Below, in pieces: positions 33,790-42,407 of a stretch of 64,000 nt of DNA. The stretch covers positions 246,040 through 310,039 of the forward strand of contig JADKFR010000002.1 in assembly GCA_016717345.1 (NCBI GenBank), read 5' to 3'. How positions within the stretch are numbered: position 1 is the first letter of the stretch; each line of letters begins with the position of its first letter. A program made the translations under genes and the position numbers. The stretch is from Propionibacteriaceae bacterium (GTDB lineage Bacteria > Actinomycetota > Actinomycetes > Propionibacteriales > Propionibacteriaceae). The notes under the pieces are model-generated. The model was not told the DNA's origin and did not search any database. It saw only the letters and a list, made by a program, of their open reading frames with translations.

Positions 33790-35442
33790 ATGATCGAATG
33801 GCCCAAGAACAACGACGCCATCGGCGCCGTCAACCGGGGAGTCCCCGCAGAATCAGGTCTCTGTACCTCCTGCCACGCAGACTGCAAGGGACGCTGCGAA
33901 GCGTGGCTCTCCAGCCTGAAGGGGCGCAAGCTGCTCTACCCGCGTGACTTCGGCAACATCACGGCAGGCAGCGCCAACACCACTCATCTGGGCGTCAACT
34001 ACAACTCGCTGCGGATCCAGGGCTACAACTACGGCGCGAAGGGTCTCCCGCAAGGGCTGTCGACGTCGGCCGACGATTGCATCTTCCCCAACGTCAGCGT
34101 CGCGACCCAGTTCGGTGGCGCCGTGAAGACCACAGCTTCGGTCCCGATCATGACCGGAGCATTGGGCTCCACAGCGATCGCCCGCAAGTACTGGGACGGC
34201 TTCGCGGTCGGCGCCGCCCTGGTCGGCATCCCGATCGTGGTCGGCGAGAACGTCGTCGGTATCGACCCTGACGCGATCATCCACGAAGGCAGCCCGGCGA
34301 ACCGGATCGAGAAGGCGCCCGAGCTCGACCGTCGGATCGAGACCTACCTGCGCTACTTCGACGGCAACGGCGCGATCATCGTCCAGCTCAACGTCGAGGA
34401 CACCCGCAACGGAGTCGCCGAGTACGTCATCGACAAGTACGGCGACAAGGTGATCATCGAGCTCAAGTGGGGCCAGGGGGCCAAGGACATCGGCGGCGAG
34501 ATCCAGGTCGACGACATCGACTACGCCCGGTTCCTCAAGGCCCGCGGCTACCTCGTCGACCCCGATCCGACCGATCCGGCCGTCCAGGAGGCCTACCGCA
34601 ACGGCGGTTTGAAGTCCTTCGCCCGGCACAGCCGGCTCGGCTACACCAACCTCGGCACGGCCGACGACGTGCGCGAGGACTTCATGTCCTCGGTGGACCA
34701 CCTCCGCGGTCTGGGCTACCAGCGGATCTCGCTCAAGACCGGCTCCTACGGCATGGAGGCCCTCGCGATGGCGATCAAGTTCGCCTCGCAGGCCAGGCTC
34801 GACCTCCTCACCGTCGACGGCTCCGGCGGCGGCACCGGCATGAGCCCCTGGAACATGATGGAGACCTGGGGCGTGCCGTCCCTGCTCCTGCACGCCAAGA
34901 CCCACGAGTACGCCAGCCTGCTCGCCGCCCAGGGTGAGGACGTCGTCGACCTGGCGTTCGGCGGCGGCCTCGCGCGCGAGGATCACGTCTTCAAGGCGTT
35001 GGCGCTGGGCGCCCCCTTCACCAAACTGGTCTGCATGGGCCGGGCGGTGATGATCCCCGGGTTCCTGGGCACCAACATCGAGGGCGTGCTGCATCCCGAA
35101 CGCAAGGCGGCCATCCACGGCAGCTGGGACGGGCTGCCCCCGGCCGTCAAGGACGTCGGCACCAAGGCCGAGGAGATCTTCGCCGGCTACTTCGACGTGC
35201 AGGCCAAGGTCGGCGCCGAGGAGATGAAGAACATCCCCTACGGCGCGATCGCCATGTGGACGTTCACCGACAAGCTCGCCGCCGGGCTGCAGCAACTGAT
35301 GGCCGGCGCCCGCGCGTTCAGCATCGACAAGATCTCGCGGGACGACATCTTCGCCGCCAATCGGGAAACCGAGCGCGAGGCGAAGGTGCCGTTCATCACC
35401 GACGTGATGGACGAAGCCGCCAGGGCCATCCTGACCTCGTAA
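33790..35442 (+). CDS. FMN-binding glutamate-synthase-family protein (GltS domain-2-like), function unknown
   Basis: 550 aa. Three segments loosely match GltB FMN-domain landmarks: VPIMTGALGS, IELKWGQGAKDIGGEIQV and DGSGGGTGMSPW...GGGLAREDHVFKALALGA. It also has an extra N-terminal Cys cluster, CTSCHADCKGRCE. Confidence 0.65.
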   Translation: MIEWPKNNDAIGAVNRGVPAESGLCTSCHADCKGRCEAWLSSLKGRKLLYPRDFGNITAGSANTTHLGVNYNSLRIQGYNYGAKGLPQGLSTSADDCIFPNVSVATQFGGAVKTTASVPIMTGALGSTAIARKYWDGFAVGAALVGIPIVVGENVVGIDPDAIIHEGSPANRIEKAPELDRRIETYLRYFDGNGAIIVQLNVEDTRNGVAEYVIDKYGDKVIIELKWGQGAKDIGGEIQVDDIDYARFLKARGYLVDPDPTDPAVQEAYRNGGLKSFARHSRLGYTNLGTADDVREDFMSSVDHLRGLGYQRISLKTGSYGMEALAMAIKFASQARLDLLTVDGSGGGTGMSPWNMMETWGVPSLLLHAKTHEYASLLAAQGEDVVDLAFGGGLAREDHVFKALALGAPFTKLVCMGRAVMIPGFLGTNIEGVLHPERKAAIHGSWDGLPPAVKDVGTKAEEIFAGYFDVQAKVGAEEMKNIPYGAIAMWTFTDKLAAGLQQLMAGARAFSIDKISRDDIFAANRETEREAKVPFITDVMDEAARAILTS

Positions 35443-35449
35443 CGCCCAG

Positions 35450-36400
35450 ATGACCCCGGACTCCCCGCCACCCGCGACGACACCGCGAACCCCGGTCGAG
35501 CCGGGCATCGCACGCTGGGTGCGTCAGGTGGCGGGAGGCCAGGACCCGCGGGTGGGTGACTCGACGCCGGTGGTCGCCCTGGCCACCGGGAGCCTGCCCA
35601 CCCGTCCGGTGCCCCCCGAGCAGGCTCAGGTGTACGTCTGCGCCGGCGTCGTGGTGAAGATCCACCCCGCCCACACCGACCCCGCAGCGCTGCGGCGTCG
35701 GCTCCAGCTGATGGCCGGCCCCGACACCGAACCGTGTTGGGTGCAACCGCTGCTGTATGGGCCGATCCCCGCCCCCGGCGGGCGGGTCGGGTCGCTGTGG
35801 CCGCGCGTCACGGTGCTGTCGTCGGTCGACCGTCCACCGTGGACGGAGGCGGCCGCCCTGCTGGCCCGGCTGCACCGGGCCCCGCTGCGCGGCGACCCGC
35901 CGCGCCATGGCGGCCACGATCGGCTGGCCCGGGCGCTCGACCGGCTGGCCGTCCTGGACGACCCGGACCTGGCGTGGTTACTGCGGCGCGGCACCGCGCT
36001 GCGCGACCGGCTGCGGCACTCCCCCCGGCTGCGTTGGACGCACGGCGACTTCCATCTCGGCCATCTCGGCCACACCGTGCTGCGACGGCGCTGGAAGCTC
36101 ATCGACGTCGACGACTCCGGCGTGGGCGACCCCGCGTGGGACCTGGCCCGCCCGGCGGGGTTCTGGGCGACCGGGCTGCTGGACGACGAGTCGTGGACGG
36201 CATTCCTCACCGCCTATCGCGAGGCGGAGGGCCCAGCCGTGCCGGCACAGGGGGATCCCTGGCCGTCGCTGGAGTTGCCCGCCCAAGCGGCGGTGCTGGT
36301 GGCCACGGTGCAGGCCCTTGAGCAACCCCACCGCCGCGAGACCGCCGAGGCGCTGCTGGCGGCCAGCCGGGCGATCCTGCGGCATCAGTCCACCCCGTAG
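35450..36400 (+). CDS. aminoglycoside-phosphotransferase-fold (APH/ChoK) kinase
   Basis: 316 aa. It has a catalytic loop (HGDFHLGHLG) and a metal-binding motif (LIDVDDSGVGDPAWDLARP). Confidence 0.75.
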   Translation: MTPDSPPPATTPRTPVEPGIARWVRQVAGGQDPRVGDSTPVVALATGSLPTRPVPPEQAQVYVCAGVVVKIHPAHTDPAALRRRLQLMAGPDTEPCWVQPLLYGPIPAPGGRVGSLWPRVTVLSSVDRPPWTEAAALLARLHRAPLRGDPPRHGGHDRLARALDRLAVLDDPDLAWLLRRGTALRDRLRHSPRLRWTHGDFHLGHLGHTVLRRRWKLIDVDDSGVGDPAWDLARPAGFWATGLLDDESWTAFLTAYREAEGPAVPAQGDPWPSLELPAQAAVLVATVQALEQPHRRETAEALLAASRAILRHQSTP

Positions 36401-37017
36401 GCCAGCTCCGTGGCGGCGATCCGGGCGATGATCGCGTACAGCGTGGGGTCAGCCAGCGGCCGCGAGAATTCCGGGGCACCCGGCAGGGCGTCGGCGGCCG
36501 GACTCCAGAGCACGGCGTTCGCCTCGCCGGTCATGGTCGAAGCCACCCACAGGCCGTCGAGGTCGGGCCAGGTCGCGGCGATGGTGCGAGCCCAGGCGCG
36601 ACCCACGCTCCGCGGCGCGGCGTCGAGCGCGTGGGCGGCCTGGTTGCGCAGGGCCCAGGTTCCGGTGAGGTCGAGCAGCCGCAACGCTCGGATCGGCTGC
36701 CACACGGTCAACTGGGGACCGAAGCTGATCGTGTCGATCAGCCGCGTGGCCTGGAAGGTCTCGGCCAGAGCCGTGGCGAGACTGCTGGCGGCGTAGAGCA
36801 CGCCCACGCGATGCTCGCCCACGGGCTCAGGGTGCGGGTCATAGCGCATGGACGGCAGCGGGCCGTAGCTCCGCAGGACGTTCCAGGCCACGACATGAGC
36901 CCCGCGGGTGCGATGGATCCGCCACAGCCGTGGCGTGAGGGCAAGCACGTCCGAGGCTTCGCGCCACAGGGGCTCGGGCGGGGTTCGCGGCACCTTGGGC
37001 CGTTCGGCCGGGATCAC
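36385..37017 (-). CDS. RES-domain toxin
   Basis: About 210 aa from the GTG at 37017, which forms a GTGA overlap with the antitoxin stop. The body is LWRIHRTRG...MRYDPHPEP...VLYAASSLATALAETF...ASTMTGE, consistent with the R-E-S layout. The upstream 200 aa of the 410-aa track ORF were rejected. Confidence 0.8.
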   Translation of the reverse strand: MIPAERPKVPRTPPEPLWREASDVLALTPRLWRIHRTRGAHVVAWNVLRSYGPLPSMRYDPHPEPVGEHRVGVLYAASSLATALAETFQATRLIDTISFGPQLTVWQPIRALRLLDLTGTWALRNQAAHALDAAPRSVGRAWARTIAATWPDLDGLWVASTMTGEANAVLWSPAADALPGAPEFSRPLADPTLYAIIARIAATELAYGVD

Positions 37018-37610
37018 CACAGGCCGAGGTCGGCCAGCAGCCCCGCGACCGGACGGGGGTCGCCGCCGGCGGCCAGGTGGGCGGTCGGGGTGCGTCCGTC
37101 CAGTTCGGGCTGCGGCGTGGTGAGGAACGCTTCGACGCTGTGCGGCGACAGGCCGTCGGGGATGCCGGCGATGACGACCGCCAGCCCCGGCAGCAGGCGG
37201 CCGTCGGCGGTGAACTGCCAGCGGGGAATCCGGCGGGACCGGCCAACGCTGAACGCCCAGAGGCTCCCCTGGGCCAGCCGGTGCGAGATCCGGGAGCGGT
37301 CCACGCCGAGCAGCAGGGCGGTTTCGGCGATGCTCAGGCTGGCCTGGGCCGTCTCGGCGACCCGTCCCAGAGCGGCCCGGTTGCGGGCCAGATCCGCCGC
37401 CGCCGGGTCCCAGTGGTCGAGGACGTCGACCGCGTGCTCCCCGCCGTGGGCGCGCAGGAATTCCACCTCGGACGCGCTGAGCGGCGCGGCCCCCGCGTGG
37501 GCGACCTCGGCGAACGCGGCGTCGAGCCCGGCCACCACGTCGGCGCTGCTGAGGCTGACCCCGTGTCGGGTCAGCACCCCGTCGAGATCCGCCATCGCTC
37601 CCACGCTCAT
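37014..37610 (-). CDS. Xre/MbcA/ParS-like antitoxin (HTH + DUF2384-like C-terminal domain)
   Basis: 198 aa. It has an HTH (LSIAETALLLGVDRSRISHRLAQGSLWAF...RRIPRWQF). The C-terminal LTTPQPELDGRTPTAHLAAGGDPRPVAGLLADLG resembles the toxin-binding DUF2384 domain. It lies directly upstream of, and overlaps, the RES gene. Confidence 0.8.
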   Translation of the reverse strand: MSVGAMADLDGVLTRHGVSLSSADVVAGLDAAFAEVAHAGAAPLSASEVEFLRAHGGEHAVDVLDHWDPAAADLARNRAALGRVAETAQASLSIAETALLLGVDRSRISHRLAQGSLWAFSVGRSRRIPRWQFTADGRLLPGLAVVIAGIPDGLSPHSVEAFLTTPQPELDGRTPTAHLAAGGDPRPVAGLLADLGLW

Positions 37611-37619
37611 GGGTCACAT

Positions 37620-37650
37620 GCTATCAGCCGGGTGACACCACAGTGATAGC
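37620..37650. promoter_or_regulatory. inverted repeat GCTATCA-N17-TGATAGC, candidate TA operator
   Basis: Read directly. The 7-bp arms lie 10-40 bp upstream of the antitoxin ATG (37610), in the promoter gap shared divergently with sdaA. Confidence 0.35.
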
Positions 37651-37682
37651 GGCCGCGCCCTCCGCGGGGCTAGGGTCGTCCC

Positions 37683-39050
37683 ATGGCGCTGAGCGTCTTC
37701 GACCTGTTCCGGATCGGCATCGGGCCCTCCTCGTCCCACACCGTGGGGCCGATGCGGGCCGCCCGCCGCTTCGTCACCGCCGCCGCGGAGACCGGCGTCC
37801 TGCCACGGATCGACTCCCTCGGCGTGGAACTGTTCGGTTCCCTGGGCGCCACCGGAAAGGGCCACGGCAGCGTGGGGGCGCTCGTGCTGGGCCTGCTGGG
37901 CCACCAACCCGAAACCGTCGACCCGAACCAGGGTCGCAGCGAGGTCGAGCAGGTCCGCCAGAGCCGGCGGTTGGGCCTACCGGGCGGGCCCGAGATCGGG
38001 TTCGATCCCGAGCGCGACATCGTGCTGCACCGGCACCGCAGCCTGCCCGCCCATTCCAACGGGATGCTGTTCACCGCCCGCGACGCCGCCGGGAACGAGC
38101 TCAGCCGCCGCACCTACTACTCCGTGGGCGGTGGGTTCGTCGCCGACGAGCAGGTGCTGGACGCCGACAGTGTCGCCACCGACCCCGTCCCCTACCCCTT
38201 CAGCACCGGAGCCGAGTTGCTCGCGCACTGCGGCGAGACCGGGTTCTCGATCGGACGGTTGATGCGCGAGAACGAGCGCACCTGGCGCTCCGATGCCGAG
38301 ATCGACGCCGGGCTGTTGCGGCTGTGGGCAGCGATGCAGGAGTGCATCCACCACGGCATGACCACCGAAGGCGTCCTGCCCGGCGGGTTGAAGGTGCCGC
38401 GCCGCGCCCCCGTCCTGCTCCACCAACTCCAGGTGGAGGCCGACTCCACCGACCCGCTCCGCGGGATGGACTGGATCACGCTGTACGCCCTGGCCGTCAA
38501 CGAGGAGAACGCCGCCGGAGGACGAGTCGTCACCGCCCCCACCAACGGCGCCGCCGGGGTGATCCCGGCCGTGTTGATGTACTTCCGCCGGTTCGTCCCG
38601 GGCGCCGGGGACGACGGCGTCCTCCGCTTCCTGCTGACCGCCGGGGCCATCGGCGTCATCATCAAGGAGACGGCCTCGATCAGTGGGGCCGAGGTGGGGT
38701 GCCAGGGCGAGATCGGTGCCGCCTGTTCGATGGCCGCGGCCGGGATGGCCGCGGCGCTGGGTGGCACCCCGGCGCAGGTCGAGAACGCCGCCGAGATCGG
38801 GATGGAGCACAACCTCGGGCTCACCTGCGATCCGGTCGGCGGGTTGGTCCAGATCCCCTGCATCGAGCGGAACGCGATCGCCGCGGTGAAGGCGATCACC
38901 GCGGCCCGGACGGCGCTGCGCGGGGACGGCCATCACATCGTCTCGTTCGACAAGGTGCTGGCCACCATGCGCCAAACCGGGGCCGACATGAGCGTGAAGT
39001 ACAAGGAGACCTCCCGCGGCGGCCTCGCGGTCAACGTCATCGAGTGCTGA
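37683..39050 (+). CDS. sdaA: L-serine ammonia-lyase (iron-sulfur dependent, single chain)
   Basis: 455 aa. The N-terminal [27 protein letters not shown] is the canonical SdaA start, and the Cys-containing alpha-domain motifs ([18 protein letters not shown]) are present. Confidence 0.95.
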   Translation: MALSVFDLFRIGIGPSSSHTVGPMRAARRFVTAAAETGVLPRIDSLGVELFGSLGATGKGHGSVGALVLGLLGHQPETVDPNQGRSEVEQVRQSRRLGLPGGPEIGFDPERDIVLHRHRSLPAHSNGMLFTARDAAGNELSRRTYYSVGGGFVADEQVLDADSVATDPVPYPFSTGAELLAHCGETGFSIGRLMRENERTWRSDAEIDAGLLRLWAAMQECIHHGMTTEGVLPGGLKVPRRAPVLLHQLQVEADSTDPLRGMDWITLYALAVNEENAAGGRVVTAPTNGAAGVIPAVLMYFRRFVPGAGDDGVLRFLLTAGAIGVIIKETASISGAEVGCQGEIGAACSMAAAGMAAALGGTPAQVENAAEIGMEHNLGLTCDPVGGLVQIPCIERNAIAAVKAITAARTALRGDGHHIVSFDKVLATMRQTGADMSVKYKETSRGGLAVNVIEC

Positions 39051-39127
39051 ACCCGCGACCGTCCCCGCCCCGCCGCCGCGGAATAGGATCGGAAGCGACC
39101 CGACCCACGCGCCGAAAGGGGCACCTG

Positions 39128-40168
39128 ATGCCGATCCTTGACGAGTTCCACCCCGACCCCGACCGCTACGACTCACGGATGCCCTACCGCCGGGTCGGTC
39201 GCTCCGGCCTCAAGCTTCCGGCCATCTCGCTGGGGCTGTGGCACAACTTCGGCGACGACACCCCCTTCGCCAACCAGCGCGACACCCTGCGCCGCGCCTT
39301 CGACCTCGGCATCACCCACTTCGACCTGGCCAACAACTACGGGCCGCCCTACGGCTCGGCGGAGACCAACTTCGGACGGCACCTGAAGGAGTCGTTCTCG
39401 TCGCTGCGGGACGAACTGATCATCAGCTCGAAAGCCGGCTGGGACATGTGGCCCGGCCCCTACGGTGACCTGGGCTCGCGCAAGTACCTGCTGGCCTCGC
39501 TGGAGCAGTCCTTGACCCGGATGGGCCTCGACTACGTCGACATCTTCTACCACCACCACTACGACCCGTCGACGCCCATGGAAGAGACCATGCTGGCCCT
39601 CGACACGGCCGTCCGGCAGGGCAAGGCGCTCTACGTCGGGATCTCGTCCTACTCCGGGGCCCGGACGCGGGAGGCCGTGGCGATCGCCGCCGACCTGGGC
39701 ACGCCCCTGGTGATCCACCAACCGTCCTACTCGATGCTGAACCGGTGGGTCGAGGAGGACCTGCTGACGGCTCTCGGCGAGACCGGTCTGGGGTGCATCG
39801 CCTTCTCGCCCCTGGCCCAGGGGATGCTCACGAACAAGTACCTCCACGGGGTGCCGGCGGGCTCGCGGGCGTCCCAGGACAAGTCGCTGTCGACCGACCT
39901 GCTGACGGAGGCCAACCTGACCCACATCCGGGCCCTGAACGAGTTGGCGGCCGGACGCGGACAGACTCTGGCCCAGTTGGCGCTGGCGTGGGTGCTGCGC
40001 GACGAGCGGGTGACCTCGGCCCTGATCGGCGCCTCCAGCGCGTCCCAGCTCGAGAACAGCGCCGGCGCGGTCGCCAACCTCGACTTCACCGCCGAGGAAC
40101 TGGCCACCATCAACCAGTACGCCGTCGAGGGCGGCATCAACCTGTGGGAGGGCCCCAGCAAGGCCTGA
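39128..40168 (+). CDS. aldo/keto reductase (YghZ / L-glyceraldehyde-3-phosphate reductase-like)
   Basis: 346 aa from the ATG at 39128. The sequence reads MPYRRVGRSGLKLPAISLGLWHNFG...FDLGITHFDLANNYGPPYGSAE. The upstream part of the 841-aa track ORF overlaps sdaA and was rejected. Confidence 0.9.
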   Translation: MPILDEFHPDPDRYDSRMPYRRVGRSGLKLPAISLGLWHNFGDDTPFANQRDTLRRAFDLGITHFDLANNYGPPYGSAETNFGRHLKESFSSLRDELIISSKAGWDMWPGPYGDLGSRKYLLASLEQSLTRMGLDYVDIFYHHHYDPSTPMEETMLALDTAVRQGKALYVGISSYSGARTREAVAIAADLGTPLVIHQPSYSMLNRWVEEDLLTALGETGLGCIAFSPLAQGMLTNKYLHGVPAGSRASQDKSLSTDLLTEANLTHIRALNELAAGRGQTLAQLALAWVLRDERVTSALIGASSASQLENSAGAVANLDFTAEELATINQYAVEGGINLWEGPSKA

Positions 40169-40205
40169 GGCGGCTCGCGTGCTCAGCGGTGGGCCGGTCC
40201 CCGGC

Positions 40206-41549
40206 TCACCGCTGGCCACGGTTGGCCACGTACCGCAATGAATTCGGCCGGCACGCGCACTCGGTGGCGATCTTGAGGGGGGCGATCTGGCGGGCCTCCC
40301 GCAGCCGGAACAGCGTCGGCACGATCCGGTCCCGCAGCGAGTAGGGGGCGATGGTGTTGAGGTAGATCTTGGTCGCGCCCTCGAAGCCCGCCACCGTCGA
40401 TACCCGCCACTTGACCATCACCCGCCACGGCATGGGCAGGTCGAGGTCGGCCGGACGGTAGTGCCACTCCTCGTTGGACGGGACGGCCACCCCGGTCGCC
40501 GCGTGGATGGCGTGGATCATGTCCGACATCCCGCGCAGTTCCTCGGGCGTGTGGTCCCACGGCTCGCAGTGCTCGGACTTGGAGTACACCTCGACGGTCG
40601 GGTAGCGATGCCCGAACCCGGCGAAGGCGATCGCGTGGTCGTTCTCGGCGATGACCAGGTTGTTGTAGGCGGCGTAGTTGGTCGCCACCTCGTTGAAGAT
40701 GTTCGGGTTCGAGCGCAACCGTTCCATGGCCAGCTCGTGCTGCACGCCGCGCTCGTCGATGGCCACCAGTTGCTTGTGCAGGTGGTCGAAGGACGCCCCC
40801 GCCGGACGCAGCCAGTTCTGGAAGACCGCGACGTAGCGGGCGTACCGGTTCAGGTCGAACAGCGCGGCCACCGACTCGGCGGTGAACGCCATGAACTGGT
40901 AGTGCTCCTCGGTACTCAGGGTTCCCGAGCTGGCCAGCTGGGTGTTGTCGGTCGCGCCGTCGACGAAATGCCGCCGGGAGACGATCACGTCGTGGCCCCC
41001 ACCGAAGAACCCCGACGCGGCCGCCAGTTGGCCCTCCTCGCCGAGGGCGTCGATCTCGGCGTCCGACCGGCCGCCGGCGCGCAGCTTTCCGCGACTCACC
41101 GCGAGCACGTGCGCCCGCCCCGCCGGCGAGCTGAGGTAGGCCTGCTTGCGGTCGCGGATCCGTCCGGGCAACTCGTAGCCGTAGTTGGCGTGCCAATAGT
41201 CGTAGGAGAGGATCTCGAAGAGGTTCGGGATCCGGCGGAACTCGGCGGTGGTCGCGGTCAGCTCCTCGGCCGGCGTCCGCCACAGCGTCTCCCAGCCGCC
41301 GTCGGCGCGCCGGATCACCCGGGACTTCTCCGGCGGCGTGTCCAGATAGCGCAGCTCGCAGAACGGGCAGTGCCGACCGTGCAGGGCCGGGTCCAACGGG
41401 ACAGGGTCGGGCAACTGGACGCCGAGCGGACGGTTACCGCGGCCGGCCACCGTCCACACCTCGGTGCCGCTGAAGGGGTTGAGCTGCTTGAGAGTGCCGT
41501 CCTTCATCAAGGTGAGGTACTCGGGTTCACGCACGTACGGATGCAGCAT
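40206..41549 (-). CDS. GalT-like HIT-superfamily nucleotidyltransferase/phosphorylase (DUF4921-like)
   Basis: 447 aa. It has an N-terminal Zn-type motif (GRHCPFCE) and an HxHxQ-type active-site motif (FDHLHKQLVAIDE), with a two-half-domain length typical of GalT-like proteins. Confidence 0.65.
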   Translation of the reverse strand: MLHPYVREPEYLTLMKDGTLKQLNPFSGTEVWTVAGRGNRPLGVQLPDPVPLDPALHGRHCPFCELRYLDTPPEKSRVIRRADGGWETLWRTPAEELTATTAEFRRIPNLFEILSYDYWHANYGYELPGRIRDRKQAYLSSPAGRAHVLAVSRGKLRAGGRSDAEIDALGEEGQLAAASGFFGGGHDVIVSRRHFVDGATDNTQLASSGTLSTEEHYQFMAFTAESVAALFDLNRYARYVAVFQNWLRPAGASFDHLHKQLVAIDERGVQHELAMERLRSNPNIFNEVATNYAAYNNLVIAENDHAIAFAGFGHRYPTVEVYSKSEHCEPWDHTPEELRGMSDMIHAIHAATGVAVPSNEEWHYRPADLDLPMPWRVMVKWRVSTVAGFEGATKIYLNTIAPYSLRDRIVPTLFRLREARQIAPLKIATECACRPNSLRYVANRGQR

Positions 41550-41612
41550 GGCAACCCCTTTTCGGCGACATCGCTCCTACCCGGCCAAGGCTAGTCCCGT
41601 CGCCCAGGCTCC

Positions 41613-42407
41613 TCAGTCGAACCAGCGACGCAGTTCCTCGACGGTCCCGCCGTCCTCGAAGCTGCCCGTGACGTGGTTCGCCCTCGCCGCCACCTCCGGG
41701 CTGGCATCGCCGAGGGCAACCCCTCGGCCCGCCCACTGCAGCATCTCGATGTCGTTGCGCCCGTCGCCCAGGGCCAGCACGTCGACGGCCGAGATTCCCA
41801 GGGACGCGACCACCTCGGCCAGGGCGGTGGCCTTGTTCACCCCCGCCGGGGCGATGTCGAGCCAGGCGCTCCACCCGACGAAGTAGCTGACGCCGTGCAG
41901 GCCGAGGCGTTCGGCGAGGGCGATGAACTCGCCGTCGGAGGCGTTCGGGTCCCGGACGACGATGCGGGTGACGTCACTGCCGGCCAGCTCGTCGACCGAG
42001 ACGACCTCGATCTCACCGTGCAGATCGCCCTCCGGGAAGCGCCGGGTGACCCGGTACCCCTGGCCGATCACCTCCGCGGCCAGCGCCGCCGACGGATGCT
42101 CGCGCAGCACCTTGTCGATCACGTCGCTGGGGTCGAAGGTCGTCACCTGCTGGAGTTCCAGCGGCGGGAAGCGCACCACCACGGCCCCGTTGGAGGAGAC
42201 CGCCGGGCCGGGCGGCAACTCGAGTTCCTCGAAGACCGGACGGGTGGCGTGCCAGCTGCGACCGGTCGTCAGGATGACCGGCACGCCGGCGTCGACCACC
42301 CGGGCGACCGCCTTGCGAATGCTGCTGGGCAGCACTCCCGCGTGGTCGACGATCGTCCCGTCGATGTCGAGCGCCACCGCCCGTGGCCGCCATCGGGTGG
42401 CGCTCAT
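41613..42407 (-). CDS. HAD-superfamily hydrolase, Cof-type phosphatase
   Basis: 264 aa from the ATG at 42407 ([22 protein letters not shown]...). The C-terminal motif is LALGDGRNDIEML. The upstream part of the 502-aa track ORF overlaps serS and was rejected. Confidence 0.85.
   Translation of the reverse strand: MSATRWRPRAVALDIDGTIVDHAGVLPSSIRKAVARVVDAGVPVILTTGRSWHATRPVFEELELPPGPAVSSNGAVVVRFPPLELQQVTTFDPSDVIDKVLREHPSAALAAEVIGQGYRVTRRFPEGDLHGEIEVVSVDELAGSDVTRIVVRDPNASDGEFIALAERLGLHGVSYFVGWSAWLDIAPAGVNKATALAEVVASLGISAVDVLALGDGRNDIEMLQWAGRGVALGDASPEVAARANHVTGSFEDGGTVEELRRWFD

Noticed and set aside
37018-37617. N-terminal ~200 aa of the 410-aa ORF containing the RES domain
   Set aside because: It overlaps the Xre-type antitoxin gene in a different frame and has junk composition. 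The GTG at 37017 forms a GTGA overlap with the antitoxin stop, which gives a normal-sized RES protein.
37643-39127. N-terminal ~495 aa of the 841-aa ORF that ends as the aldo-keto reductase
   Set aside because: This part overlaps the strongly supported sdaA gene in another frame and is Arg/Pro/Gly-rich. The reductase homology starts only at the ATG at 39128.
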